Shown in pieces: positions 17,835-26,054 of a stretch of DNA of 64,000 nt. Source of the stretch: Phycisphaeraceae bacterium (GTDB lineage: Bacteria > Planctomycetota > Phycisphaerae > Phycisphaerales > Phycisphaeraceae); the NCBI GenBank assembly GCA_965230275.1, contig CBDDKO010000002.1, positions 1,541,294-1,605,293 of the forward strand, given 5' to 3'. The notes below the pieces were generated by a model that did no database searches, was not told the DNA's origin, and saw only the letters and a list, made by a program, of their open reading frames with translations. Both the position numbers and the translations under genes were made by a program. How positions within the stretch are numbered: position 1 is the stretch's first letter; each line of letters begins with the position of its first letter.

Positions 17835-20206
17835 TTCGCAAAACAGAGTATGAACTCTGCCCCCTTGGCATAACCTTCATTAAATGTAACTGTGCCGCCT
17901 GATTGCAACATTAACGTCTTGATGTGATAGAGTCCAAGGCCTGATCCGTTTGTTGTAGTGAACCCAAAATCAAATAATTTCGCCGCATGCTTGGGGTCTA
18001 TGCCGCTGCCATTATCACGCACGCTCAAGACAAGCATCCCATCTTGAATATCCACCATTCGGAATTCGATCTTTGTTGCACCGGCCTTGCGCGAGTTGCT
18101 GATTAGATTGTCGATTATTATCGTAATCTCGATTGGTCGAAATGCAGCATCATAGGAAATCGTATTCTTAGTTTTGCATATGATCTCTACAGGATCGCCA
18201 TGACGCGTAAACACTATATCCGCACATACATTTTCTATGTACTCACGAATAAAGCCGACTAGATCAGCAGTCATCTCTGTTGCGCTGAGTACAAAATTCG
18301 CTTTGGTGGCAAATCTCGCAGTAGAATCGATCTTTGTGGCCTGGTAGCTGATCTTGCCCAACATTGCCTTGACGTATTCCGTTGTCAACGGTTTGTTAAG
18401 CTTTATCCGTCGGTTTATCTCTTTAATGTTGTTTTGTATAGTATCCGCAGCAATTGCTATGTGATGGTGAAGGCTGACTACATGTTCATAGTCTGTAGAT
18501 ATTACTGACTTCAGGAATAAGTTTTCTGTCTTTCTTCTGTCGGCTTCTTCCTCTGCTTCTTTGGTTTGACGACGAGACTCACGCGCTTCTGCCTCTGCCT
18601 TTGCCGCCTCTTCTTCAGCGGCTTTCGCCTTCTCAGTAGCTTCTTCTGCACGTGCCTGTGCCGAAGCGGCTTCTGCCTCAGCTTCATCTCTCGCCTTTTG
18701 CAATTTTCGTAGTTGGCGTCTAGCCCTACGTGCTTCGCGAGCAAGCTCGTCGCTTCCGGATTCCTCAGCAATACGCTCGAAATTCTGCAACAGGCCCTTT
18801 ACACTGGATTCGGAGATGTTCTCATATATATTTATGAAATTAGGGTCATATTGAATGTCAAGTACATCCTTGGATTTTGCCAGAGATGCAATGATTTCGA
18901 ATATCTTGGATTTGATTTCACCTTCTGAGGATATGTCGAGATCATTAAGGTCAATTGTCTTCCCCCATTTAATTACATCAACCGTAAACCTTTCCAAGCG
19001 ACGTAGGCAGTATGCCACAAAAAATTCTTTGAGCGCCGCAAATGCTCTATTCTTGATTAAACCGCCATCTCGACTACTGGTTTCCTTAAATTCATGGTTC
19101 TCGCCATTAATTTCGATTCGACCGATGAGTTCGCGGGAGCCAATGTAGCGAGCCGTGCCCTGTTGCTTTCGGCGGTCAATACCAAGCGAATCTTCACCTT
19201 CGTCTCCAAATGGGTAGATTCGGAATCCATTTTTGAATAAAAAGACCGATCCAAATTGAACTGCTGGGATGCCCATGCGGCGTGTGAAATATGCTTTAGC
19301 AGATGGGCTTAAGACAAATAGATATACCGATATGTTCTTGAGAAGTTCGCTGTAAGGATTTGATTCCACGAGTTCATATATGAGAACACCACGATCTTCT
19401 AGTCTTGTTGTGATCTGTTTACCATCTTCGGATATATGTACAACAATACTAGTTGTGCGAACCTCAAGGTCCTCAAACAAGAAGTTCGTAATCTTTCCAT
19501 TGACACGCTCCCACGGCGCATCCTCGGGAACCTCCTGATCCTTATGGCGCTCTTCTGCTACTTTAAGATGAATAGAAAAGCGCCTGCTATCATTACCTTG
19601 GTTGGGATTGATCAGGCGTTCCAGAGACCTTCTTAGCTTGAGTAGTTTATCGCGACCCCAGTCTTCTCTTAAATTACCTATTACAAGGAGCGTTCCAGAG
19701 TCAAGCTTGTGCTCGATTGACCTTAAACGGGAGTAATCTACGGGTACGGAACGAAACTCTCTCTGGTCATCAGCTTCAAATGACTCCCAGTCAATATTGA
19801 TGTGTTGATATTCACTCCGCTCCCGCTTTTTAGAATACAACTTAAGTGTGCTTCCAAGCTTGTCACATGAAAATCTGCCAATCCCCTTTGCGCCAGCCTT
19901 AATGCGATTTGATTGGATTTTATCTCGATAATCTTCAATGCCGTGTTTTTTGGCTGAATAGGCGACAAACAACCACTTCTCAAGGATGTCATTTCGATCC
20001 ATCCCTTTGCCGTTATCTTTTATCAACAGCTTTGGCTCTTCGCCATAGATGTCTATGAACTCAATATCGACTCTTGTTGCATGAGCATCAAAGGCATTTT
20101 TGACTAGCTCAAAGACAGCAATAATGTCATTGGTAATGAGTTCCTTGCCAATGATGGTCTTTAGTGCAGAGCTGATACGAAAATGTGGAGCTTCTGTTTT
20201 AGCCAT
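17831..20206 (-). CDS. Dual Bergerat-fold (GHKL) ATPase: N-terminal MORC/Hsp90/MutL-like HATPase + coiled coil + C-terminal histidine-kinase-type catalytic domain
   Basis: 791 aa. N-terminal N-box is FELVKNAFDA (E33, N37, D40), G1 box is IKDNGKGM and G2 is GAKGIGRFS. A central Ala/Glu/Lys coiled coil follows (RDEAEAEAASAQARAEEATEKAKAAEEEAAKAEAEARESRRQTKEAEEEADRRK), then an H-rich helix (VSLHHHIAIAADT). The C-terminus has a complete HK catalytic core: N box IDNLISNSRKAGA, G1 VRDNGSGI, F box FDFGFTT and G2 GSGLGLYHIK. Its start overlaps the dcm stop by 8 nt. Confidence 0.75.
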   Translation of the reverse strand: MAKTEAPHFRISSALKTIIGKELITNDIIAVFELVKNAFDAHATRVDIEFIDIYGEEPKLLIKDNGKGMDRNDILEKWLFVAYSAKKHGIEDYRDKIQSNRIKAGAKGIGRFSCDKLGSTLKLYSKKRERSEYQHINIDWESFEADDQREFRSVPVDYSRLRSIEHKLDSGTLLVIGNLREDWGRDKLLKLRRSLERLINPNQGNDSRRFSIHLKVAEERHKDQEVPEDAPWERVNGKITNFLFEDLEVRTTSIVVHISEDGKQITTRLEDRGVLIYELVESNPYSELLKNISVYLFVLSPSAKAYFTRRMGIPAVQFGSVFLFKNGFRIYPFGDEGEDSLGIDRRKQQGTARYIGSRELIGRIEINGENHEFKETSSRDGGLIKNRAFAALKEFFVAYCLRRLERFTVDVIKWGKTIDLNDLDISSEGEIKSKIFEIIASLAKSKDVLDIQYDPNFINIYENISESSVKGLLQNFERIAEESGSDELAREARRARRQLRKLQKARDEAEAEAASAQARAEEATEKAKAAEEEAAKAEAEARESRRQTKEAEEEADRRKTENLFLKSVISTDYEHVVSLHHHIAIAADTIQNNIKEINRRIKLNKPLTTEYVKAMLGKISYQATKIDSTARFATKANFVLSATEMTADLVGFIREYIENVCADIVFTRHGDPVEIICKTKNTISYDAAFRPIEITIIIDNLISNSRKAGATKIEFRMVDIQDGMLVLSVRDNGSGIDPKHAAKLFDFGFTTTNGSGLGLYHIKTLMLQSGGTVTFNEGYAKGAEFILCFAK

Positions 20207-21566
20207 CGTTTACCATTCTACGAAGAATCCGTCCAGCGAATTCAGCGAACAGCGGTGGTACAGCATTGCCAATCTGGGTGTAGCGTGGAACAGCCTTTCG
20301 TCGCAGCAAGCCACCGGTGGTGTAGCTGCCTCTAAATTCGAAACAATCCGGGAACGATTGGATGCGCGCGTATTCTCGTACAGTTAAGATGCGGGGTTCG
20401 CAGTAATGGACATAATCGTCAGGAATACTCATCAAGGTCGGGGCTGGACATGCCTCGTCTAAGAGGGTTGTGTTGCGCTTATTTAAACCATATTTTTCGC
20501 GATCTCCGCCCTGAATCCTAACGTTCGGTTTAGCACTACGAATTACCGTTTTAAATGCTTTTGTTGTAGATGCGGTATGCTTTGCGTATCTGTGGCTATC
20601 GGGACTGGCGCTACAGTCGATGGCTTGCCTCATTAATTTTTGGAAGTTCGTGCGGGCAGGGCCATAAGTACCCGCTTCGAATGAGGGGCTATCTAATGAA
20701 ATGACTGTGCCGTGCCTACGTTCAAGATCGCTGATCGCAGCATAAGTGGAGGGTCTTTTTGATATGCCCTTATCCAAAAGAAATGACTTACGCTCAGATT
20801 GTAGAAGTTCAAAGAATGTATCTGCGTTACCTTTTCGTGTAGCTACAAGTATGAACCGTTCGCGCCTCTGAGGGACACCGAATCTAGAAAAGTTAACAAT
20901 ATCAGCAGAGGCATCGGAATATCCTATGGACTTCAATCTATCGATTATTCGATTCGAGTATGAGGTATGTCTCCTGTTGCTTTTATCGAATGGAATCGTG
21001 AAGCCGCGCACATTCTCGAAAAGAAGAATATCGGGCTGTACCAATTCAACAAAACGCAGGTAAGAGGAGCAGAGGGTATTACGAGGGTCAGATCGTTGCC
21101 GCTTACCCTCGGTAGAAAATCCTTGGCAAGGTGGTCCGCCAACAACGAGCGGTACTTTGCCACGTAGCATTACGAGTTGCTGGCGATATTTCCGTAGGAC
21201 CGAGTTTATGTTGTGCTCCGATACTGGAAGCCAGCGAGGCCAGTGGAAGTGATTCTCCCGGTCAATAAGGTTATGGCGTAGTGTAGAAAATGCCATGTCG
21301 CTCTTCTCAATTGCGAACATGCCTGTCCAGCCAGCCTTCATCATGCCATAGGACAGACCCCCGCAGCCAGCGAAGAGATCGATGTAAGTAAGGGCGCTAT
21401 TCTTGGCTGTCGATGCCTTAGAAGACCGACGCCTGTCAACCCGCTTTCTAGACGTGCTGCTGATGTTCTGTCTCCTATTAGTGCTACGGCATCCGGATGG
21501 TCTAGTCGTATATCGACCCCTGTAAGTATTACGCATGAGGGAAGATAGATCAAATCTAGATATCAT
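20199..21566 (-). CDS. dcm: DNA (cytosine-5)-methyltransferase
   Basis: All canonical C5-MTase motifs are present: I YIDLFAGCGGLSYG, IV GGPPCQGFS, VI LLFENVRGF, VIII PQRRERF and X GNAVPPLF. It has an Arg/Ser-rich ~60-aa N-terminal extension, so the true start may be further downstream. Confidence 0.93.
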   Translation of the reverse strand: MISRFDLSSLMRNTYRGRYTTRPSGCRSTNRRQNISSTSRKRVDRRRSSKASTAKNSALTYIDLFAGCGGLSYGMMKAGWTGMFAIEKSDMAFSTLRHNLIDRENHFHWPRWLPVSEHNINSVLRKYRQQLVMLRGKVPLVVGGPPCQGFSTEGKRQRSDPRNTLCSSYLRFVELVQPDILLFENVRGFTIPFDKSNRRHTSYSNRIIDRLKSIGYSDASADIVNFSRFGVPQRRERFILVATRKGNADTFFELLQSERKSFLLDKGISKRPSTYAAISDLERRHGTVISLDSPSFEAGTYGPARTNFQKLMRQAIDCSASPDSHRYAKHTASTTKAFKTVIRSAKPNVRIQGGDREKYGLNKRNTTLLDEACPAPTLMSIPDDYVHYCEPRILTVREYARIQSFPDCFEFRGSYTTGGLLRRKAVPRYTQIGNAVPPLFAEFAGRILRRMVNDG

Positions 21567-21620
21567 AGCCTATGCTTGAGTAGCATTGTTGGGATAGCAG
21601 CATGGGTCCGGATAAGTTGA

Positions 21621-21896
21621 CTATTCCTGAGGCCTGAATGGCGTCATCCGCTCACATTCCTCCGCTTGTGACTCAACCAGGCTAACCCGCCTCTCCTCAA
21701 ATTCCTCATACCGCTCCCTGACCGCCTCTTTCAACTCCTCCGGCACCCCCTCCTCCCCCACGACCATCATCATCACTTCTCTCAGCTTCGCTTCAGCTAT
21801 TTGAGCTAGGAGTTTGTCGTATCTGCCCTTGGTTATGGCTATCCGGAGGATGATCTTGGGGTCAGTCTTTTTATCTGAAGAATTGGATTTGCCCAT
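21621..21896 (-). CDS. Small acidic helical hypothetical protein (91 aa) upstream of dcm
   Basis: ORF on the same strand, 55 nt upstream of dcm. Sequence is Glu/Arg-rich and helical (EELKEAVRERYEEFEERRVSLVESQAEE). No known motif recognised. Confidence 0.45.
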   Translation of the reverse strand: MGKSNSSDKKTDPKIILRIAITKGRYDKLLAQIAEAKLREVMMMVVGEEGVPEELKEAVRERYEEFEERRVSLVESQAEECERMTPFRPQE

Positions 21897-22028
21897 CGCA
21901 GGACCTCCTGGGGATGAGGGGGAGGTTGATGGGTATGTGTTCGACGGGAGGGGGTCGGGTTCCTCCTAAGATTGTTGGCAATCATGTTCGCGCGGTAGAC
22001 TGTAAGGGTCATTCTTAGGGGACATCTC

Positions 22029-23453
22029 ATGGCAAAAGCGAAAAAGCGACGGTCAGTATTTGCGAAAGTGGTTGATACCAAGAAGCAGCATCCACGATTC
22101 AAAATCCTCAAGAACAGGAGGACTCTACGACCTGCGCGTTGGATGTTGAATGAGATATATAAGACTTACGAGGATATTGACGGTAATTTTCTAGAGCAGT
22201 TCCAAAGCAATGGATTTGATGCCCGCTACTTCGAATTATATCTCCACGCCTATTTCTCTAGAACAGGATTTCAGATTGATCGACCTAAGCCTGCTCCCGA
22301 CTTCATCGTTGAACGCGACAGCATCAAGGTTGCAGTCGAAGCGACAACTGTTAATCCGTCAACTACTGGGGCTGTAGCGAAGCATGGTAAGAAGATTAAG
22401 GAGATGTCGCAGGACGAATACTTGGAATACCAACATCAGGAGCTGGCCATCCGTTTTGGTGGACCACTCGTCACCAAACTAAAAAAGAAGTACTGGAATA
22501 AGAGGCAGTGCAAGAATCTGCCTTTGGTTCTAGCAATCGAAGCATTTTATGATGAAGAATCGCTCGCATTTACTGACCTTGCCTTGAGTCGGTATGTGTT
22601 TGGGATAGATCAAACGGGTAAATGGTCAAAAGCCGGAAAACTCAAAATAAAAAGTAAGAAAGTCACGAAGCACAAGCTAGGGAGCAAGGTAATCCCCTCT
22701 GGTTTCTTCAAATTACCAGACTCAGAACACATAAGCGCCATTATGTTTACCAACAGTGGAACAAATGCCAAGTTCCTCAGGATGGGGTTCCAGCACGGCA
22801 TCGATAACGACAGAATTGTCCTGGTTCGACAAGGAAAGTCGTATGACTTTAACCCAGACGCCATCGATCCGTGTCACTTCTCATACAACCTTGATTGTCC
22901 GCCATTGGTTGAATCATGGGGGCAAGGTTTAGTCGTGCTGCATAATCCAAACTGTATCCATCCAATTCCACGAGGATATTTTGCTGGCGCTGTAGACCAT
23001 TATATGGACAGCAATCGTATGGCATCTGAGTTGACGGGCTGGCATCCCATGTCATCCCATACTTTTATCTTTGACCTTAATGAGGCAAAAGCCAAGGTGT
23101 CAAAGCTTCCTATTCGAACTCCATCAATCGCAGTTGCATCAATACCAAAACGAGAGTTCCAGGCAATAATTGGAATTAACCATGACAACAACCCTATTCT
23201 AGAAGAATCGGGCTGGTTCACGGATGAGACCACCTCATTCTTAAGCGTATTGTTTCGAGATAAAGTGGACAATGATTGGGGAATGGCGATTCTCGCCAGA
23301 GATTCGCTAAGCAGATTCCGAGCAATTGAAACCAAATCTAGCCTTAGTAGCCGTGAAGAAGCGAGAGACGAAATGTATCGAGCGATGGTGAAGTACTTGG
23401 CAAGCCCTAAGAGAATATTCGAGCAAGGCGATGAATTTGATGGCAGAGCTTAG
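22029..23453 (+). CDS. Hypothetical 474-aa protein, possible PD-(D/E)xK-like nuclease core at N-terminus (very tentative)
   Basis: Divergent from the dcm operon. YFELYLHAYFSRTGFQIDRPKPAPDFIVERDSIKVAVEATTV has an E...PD...(V)E-x-T spacing reminiscent of PD-(D/E)xK, but the Lys is not canonical. The rest is unrecognised. Confidence 0.55.
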   Translation: MAKAKKRRSVFAKVVDTKKQHPRFKILKNRRTLRPARWMLNEIYKTYEDIDGNFLEQFQSNGFDARYFELYLHAYFSRTGFQIDRPKPAPDFIVERDSIKVAVEATTVNPSTTGAVAKHGKKIKEMSQDEYLEYQHQELAIRFGGPLVTKLKKKYWNKRQCKNLPLVLAIEAFYDEESLAFTDLALSRYVFGIDQTGKWSKAGKLKIKSKKVTKHKLGSKVIPSGFFKLPDSEHISAIMFTNSGTNAKFLRMGFQHGIDNDRIVLVRQGKSYDFNPDAIDPCHFSYNLDCPPLVESWGQGLVVLHNPNCIHPIPRGYFAGAVDHYMDSNRMASELTGWHPMSSHTFIFDLNEAKAKVSKLPIRTPSIAVASIPKREFQAIIGINHDNNPILEESGWFTDETTSFLSVLFRDKVDNDWGMAILARDSLSRFRAIETKSSLSSREEARDEMYRAMVKYLASPKRIFEQGDEFDGRA

Positions 23454-23495
23454 AGTATTAGTATTTGTTGGTTTGGGAGGACACGGAAAACGTCA

Positions 23496-24047
23496 GTGTA
23501 CTATACCGCCACCGGGTTCGGGAATCACGTCATGGCAGAAGAACCACAAGCAGAATTAGAGAACAATGAACGCCCCCCAGCATCTGAGCTAGAGGTTAAG
23601 TTGTTGGATCAATTCCTCAAGGATGGCACCATTCCATCGAAGGAAGATCGCAACAGGCGTATAAGAGAAATGCGTGACATATTTGTTGATCATGTCAAGC
23701 GCAAGTCAAAACATGAGGGCGTCAAATCCAATTCTATTTATGAACAAACTCAACTCTGGTATGCCGGGATGACTAGTAAAGACCCGGAAAAGGATCGGAG
23801 GCCAAAACATAATAACGACGAGAAGATGAACTCAACAAAGCACTGGATGTCGCTACCAGCACCCGATTTTGAAACGGCGTGGAAACTTGAACAACTGTTA
23901 CAAGTCGAGTATGGATTTCATAGGGGGAAAGATGACGATGATGAGAAAAGCCTAAAACGACCAGCCCCAAAGGATTCGTTGCATAGCGTGTATATTTTCT
24001 ATGCCCCTATGAATTCTGCTGACGAAGTTCGTAAACGGCTCCTTTGA
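23496..24047 (+). CDS. Hypothetical protein (183 aa; alternative ATG start at 23532)
   Basis: ORF in low-GC DNA. Charged, lysine/aspartate-rich sequence with no recognised motif. Confidence 0.45.
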   Translation: MYYTATGFGNHVMAEEPQAELENNERPPASELEVKLLDQFLKDGTIPSKEDRNRRIREMRDIFVDHVKRKSKHEGVKSNSIYEQTQLWYAGMTSKDPEKDRRPKHNNDEKMNSTKHWMSLPAPDFETAWKLEQLLQVEYGFHRGKDDDDEKSLKRPAPKDSLHSVYIFYAPMNSADEVRKRLL

Positions 24048-24243
24048 GTCTTTGACGATATTGTTCATATCGATCATTCAATCGTTTGTAGTCATCTTCA
24101 TTTGTGCAAAGTGTTCGCATGTCTCTTAGCGCAATGTCTGCTAAATCCCAAATATGCTTGAAGTATTGAAAGTTATCCCAATCTGATTCTAGAAGATCAA
24201 GTCCCAGGCAGTCATTGTCTGTAGAGTTTGTTGTCATGGTCAT
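24007..24243 (-). CDS. Hypothetical protein (78 aa)
   Basis: ORF convergent with the previous gene, with a 41-nt overlap. No motif. Confidence 0.4.
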   Translation of the reverse strand: MTMTTNSTDNDCLGLDLLESDWDNFQYFKHIWDLADIALRDMRTLCTNEDDYKRLNDRYEQYRQRLKGAVYELRQQNS

Positions 24244-24506
24244 CAGCTAGCCTCCATATTGGCAATGATATCACTCTTGGCCTTCGATACACCCTTGGTA
24301 TTTCCTTTGTTGTAGTAGAAAAATTCATACTTAGTCGGTACGATCTCCCGTTCCCGATTCTTTCCCGATCTCAGGGATGACAAATCCCCCCTGAATCATG
24401 ACGGATCATGATGAAACCGAGAGTGAATTTAAAGGTTAACCTGCTCTGGTGCAGGGCTTAGAGGTTATAATCGCTGATTGGGGACTGTGGGGCTGGATTT
24501 GCTGGA

Positions 24507-24525
24507 CGAATCCCTCCCTCTCCGC
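24507..24525 (+). repeat. 19-bp direct repeat copy 1 (CGAATCCCTCCCTCTCCGC), tRNA 3'-end-like; putative att site
   Basis: Exact 19/19 match with 28112-28130. The sequence looks like the end of a T-loop (..CGAAT), a T-stem 3' half (CCCTC) and an acceptor 3' strand (CCTCTCC + G), as in a tRNA starting GGAGAGG (Ser/Leu-like). A shared TGGATTT lies 6-9 nt upstream of both copies. Confidence 0.6.
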
Positions 24526-24533
24526 TTTACCAG

Positions 24534-24577
24534 AACCCGCTTCCCTAAGCCTTTAGGTAAGCGGGTTTTGTGTTTTT
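24534..24577 (+). terminator. Rho-independent terminator
   Basis: AACCCGCTT (24534-24542) pairs with AAGCGGGTT (24559-24567). An inner CCTAA/TTAGG extension is present and the stem is followed by TTTTGTGTTTTT. It sits immediately 3' of the tRNA-end-like repeat. Confidence 0.7.
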
Positions 24578-24803
24578 GGCCATGGGCTATATACCCCGGT
24601 GGACCAAAATTGGACCAATATCCAGCCCACATACGAGCCTTGTATGTTTCAGGTGCTGCCTTTCGTTGGCATGTGTGGTTGTCTTCTGCACAACCTCGAC
24701 CCAGTTGATGTTGCGGTCGAATAACTTCTGTGTTCGCTTGCTCTACCTCAGCCACGGGAACTCATAACATAGACCAAGATGGGGGTTATTCCTGCGAACG
24801 TAG

Positions 24804-26054
24804 ATTAATAGCCTCCCGACTCTCAAGCGCGGCAACGCAGCTAATTCAGAGCGGACGTTTACATATGATGATGGCACGACATGGAATCCGCCGGCGGGAT
24901 TGCAGGCTGAAATTAAAAAGGACACGGTCTCCTACGACATCGATGAAGACACGAACGACGAGACGGTCGAGGTGTACGTATTAAGCCTGACCGGACGCGG
25001 CCAGGGACACCAGTACACGTTCTGGGGGTTCGAGACCCAGATCCCGGAAGCCATGCGGGGCCGCATCTACAAGAAGACCGATCGCTACGGCGAGGAAGAG
25101 CTGACCTACGCACTACAGGACGCCCACTTTCACATCACCACACTAGCCGACACCACTGGCGCCGCCGTCGAACGCTGTAGTTACACTCCCTACGGCGAAC
25201 AGACCATCCTCGATGCAGACTTCACCATTGACTCGGGCGGCTCAGACTACAACTGGACTCATGGCCACCAGGGCCTGATGCATGATCCTGAGACCGGTCT
25301 GATCCAAAACCGATATCGAATACGTCACGCACTGCTAGGACGGTGGCTGCACAGGGAGCCCTTAGGGTATGTGGATGGGATGAGCCTGTATCAGTATGTA
25401 AGATCGCAACCGCTCTATTTTGTTGATCCGACAGGACTTGAGGCAGAGGTTATCGACGAAGCATATTATGGTGGGACGGGTGAGTTATATGTTCCCGAGG
25501 GTTGGTGGGAAGAAGCGAATGCCCTAGATGAGATGGTAGAGTGGGTGCAGCCAGATAAATTCCCTGATCCGGATTCAAATAATAAATGGTCAAGGGAGTA
25601 TCGTGAAAACTTTGCGCACTATGTAAAGGATATATACGCCACATACCAAGACATCTTTCAGGGACAAGACGGGTGTTGCGTGTTGGATCCTTGCACCTTG
25701 GCCGCCCAGTGGATGGGTGAATCATCGTGGGGCACGTCGGGACTATCGAAAGATGCGTATAACTTTGGCGGTATTAAAGGGGAAGGACCTGCAGGCCATT
25801 ATGACTCGGAGACGGGCGAGCATTTCGACGGGCAAGATGTGACTATTGTGGATGAATTCAGAGCATATAATAATATACTAGAGTTCATGGATGACTACAC
25901 TCGCTTGATATGCAAGTATGATATATATGAAGACGCGAGAGGAAAATCTGGTGAAGAGTATTATTCAGCGATTAAAAGTGCAGGATATGCGACAGATCCC
26001 AGTTATGTAGATAAGAATATGCAACTATACAATCAGCTTGGGTGCGGTCAATGA
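24804..26054 (+). CDS. Orphan RHS C-terminal fragment: last YD repeats + RHS core end (DPxGL) + C-terminal glucosaminidase-type peptidoglycan hydrolase toxin domain
   Basis: The frame is open from the stop at 24801 and the ORF track starts at TTG 24900. It shows a YD-like repeat (ERTFTYDDG), then CSYTPYGEQT...RYRIRHALLGRWLHREPLGYVDGMSLYQYVRSQPLYFVDPTGLE, the RHS core terminus. Next comes AAQWMGESSWGTSGLSKDAYNFGGIKG...FRAYNNILEFMDDY...SAGYATDPSYVDK, which fits mannosyl-glycoprotein endo-beta-N-acetylglucosaminidase / FlgJ-like domains. No full-length RHS shell lies upstream. Confidence 0.8.
   Translation: MNSLPTLKRGNAANSERTFTYDDGTTWNPPAGLQAEIKKDTVSYDIDEDTNDETVEVYVLSLTGRGQGHQYTFWGFETQIPEAMRGRIYKKTDRYGEEELTYALQDAHFHITTLADTTGAAVERCSYTPYGEQTILDADFTIDSGGSDYNWTHGHQGLMHDPETGLIQNRYRIRHALLGRWLHREPLGYVDGMSLYQYVRSQPLYFVDPTGLEAEVIDEAYYGGTGELYVPEGWWEEANALDEMVEWVQPDKFPDPDSNNKWSREYRENFAHYVKDIYATYQDIFQGQDGCCVLDPCTLAAQWMGESSWGTSGLSKDAYNFGGIKGEGPAGHYDSETGEHFDGQDVTIVDEFRAYNNILEFMDDYTRLICKYDIYEDARGKSGEEYYSAIKSAGYATDPSYVDKNMQLYNQLGCGQ

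Noticed and set aside
18511-18771. 86-aa Lys/Arg-rich ORF and other short ORFs (18713-18928, 18855-19148, 19057-19254, 19436-19636, 19738-19992) inside the 791-aa ATPase gene.
   Set aside because: They are alternative-frame or antisense readings of the coiled-coil and ATPase coding sequence. The long frame carries the recognisable GHKL motifs.
24440-24527. Possible intact tRNA (or tmRNA 3' domain) ending in CGAATCCCTCCCTCTCCG. The same was considered for 28045-28131.
   Set aside because: The upstream sequence does not supply the complementary acceptor 5' strand (GGAGAGG), a T-stem 5' half (GAGGG) before the loop, or D/anticodon arms. Only the 3'-terminal ~19 nt are tRNA-like.
24478-24708. 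ORFs 24478-24708 and 28095-28355, which share the peptide ESLPLR.
   Set aside because: The shared peptide is simply the translated 19-bp direct repeat. There is no other coding evidence, and the second ORF overlaps the 3' end of the 1161-aa gene.
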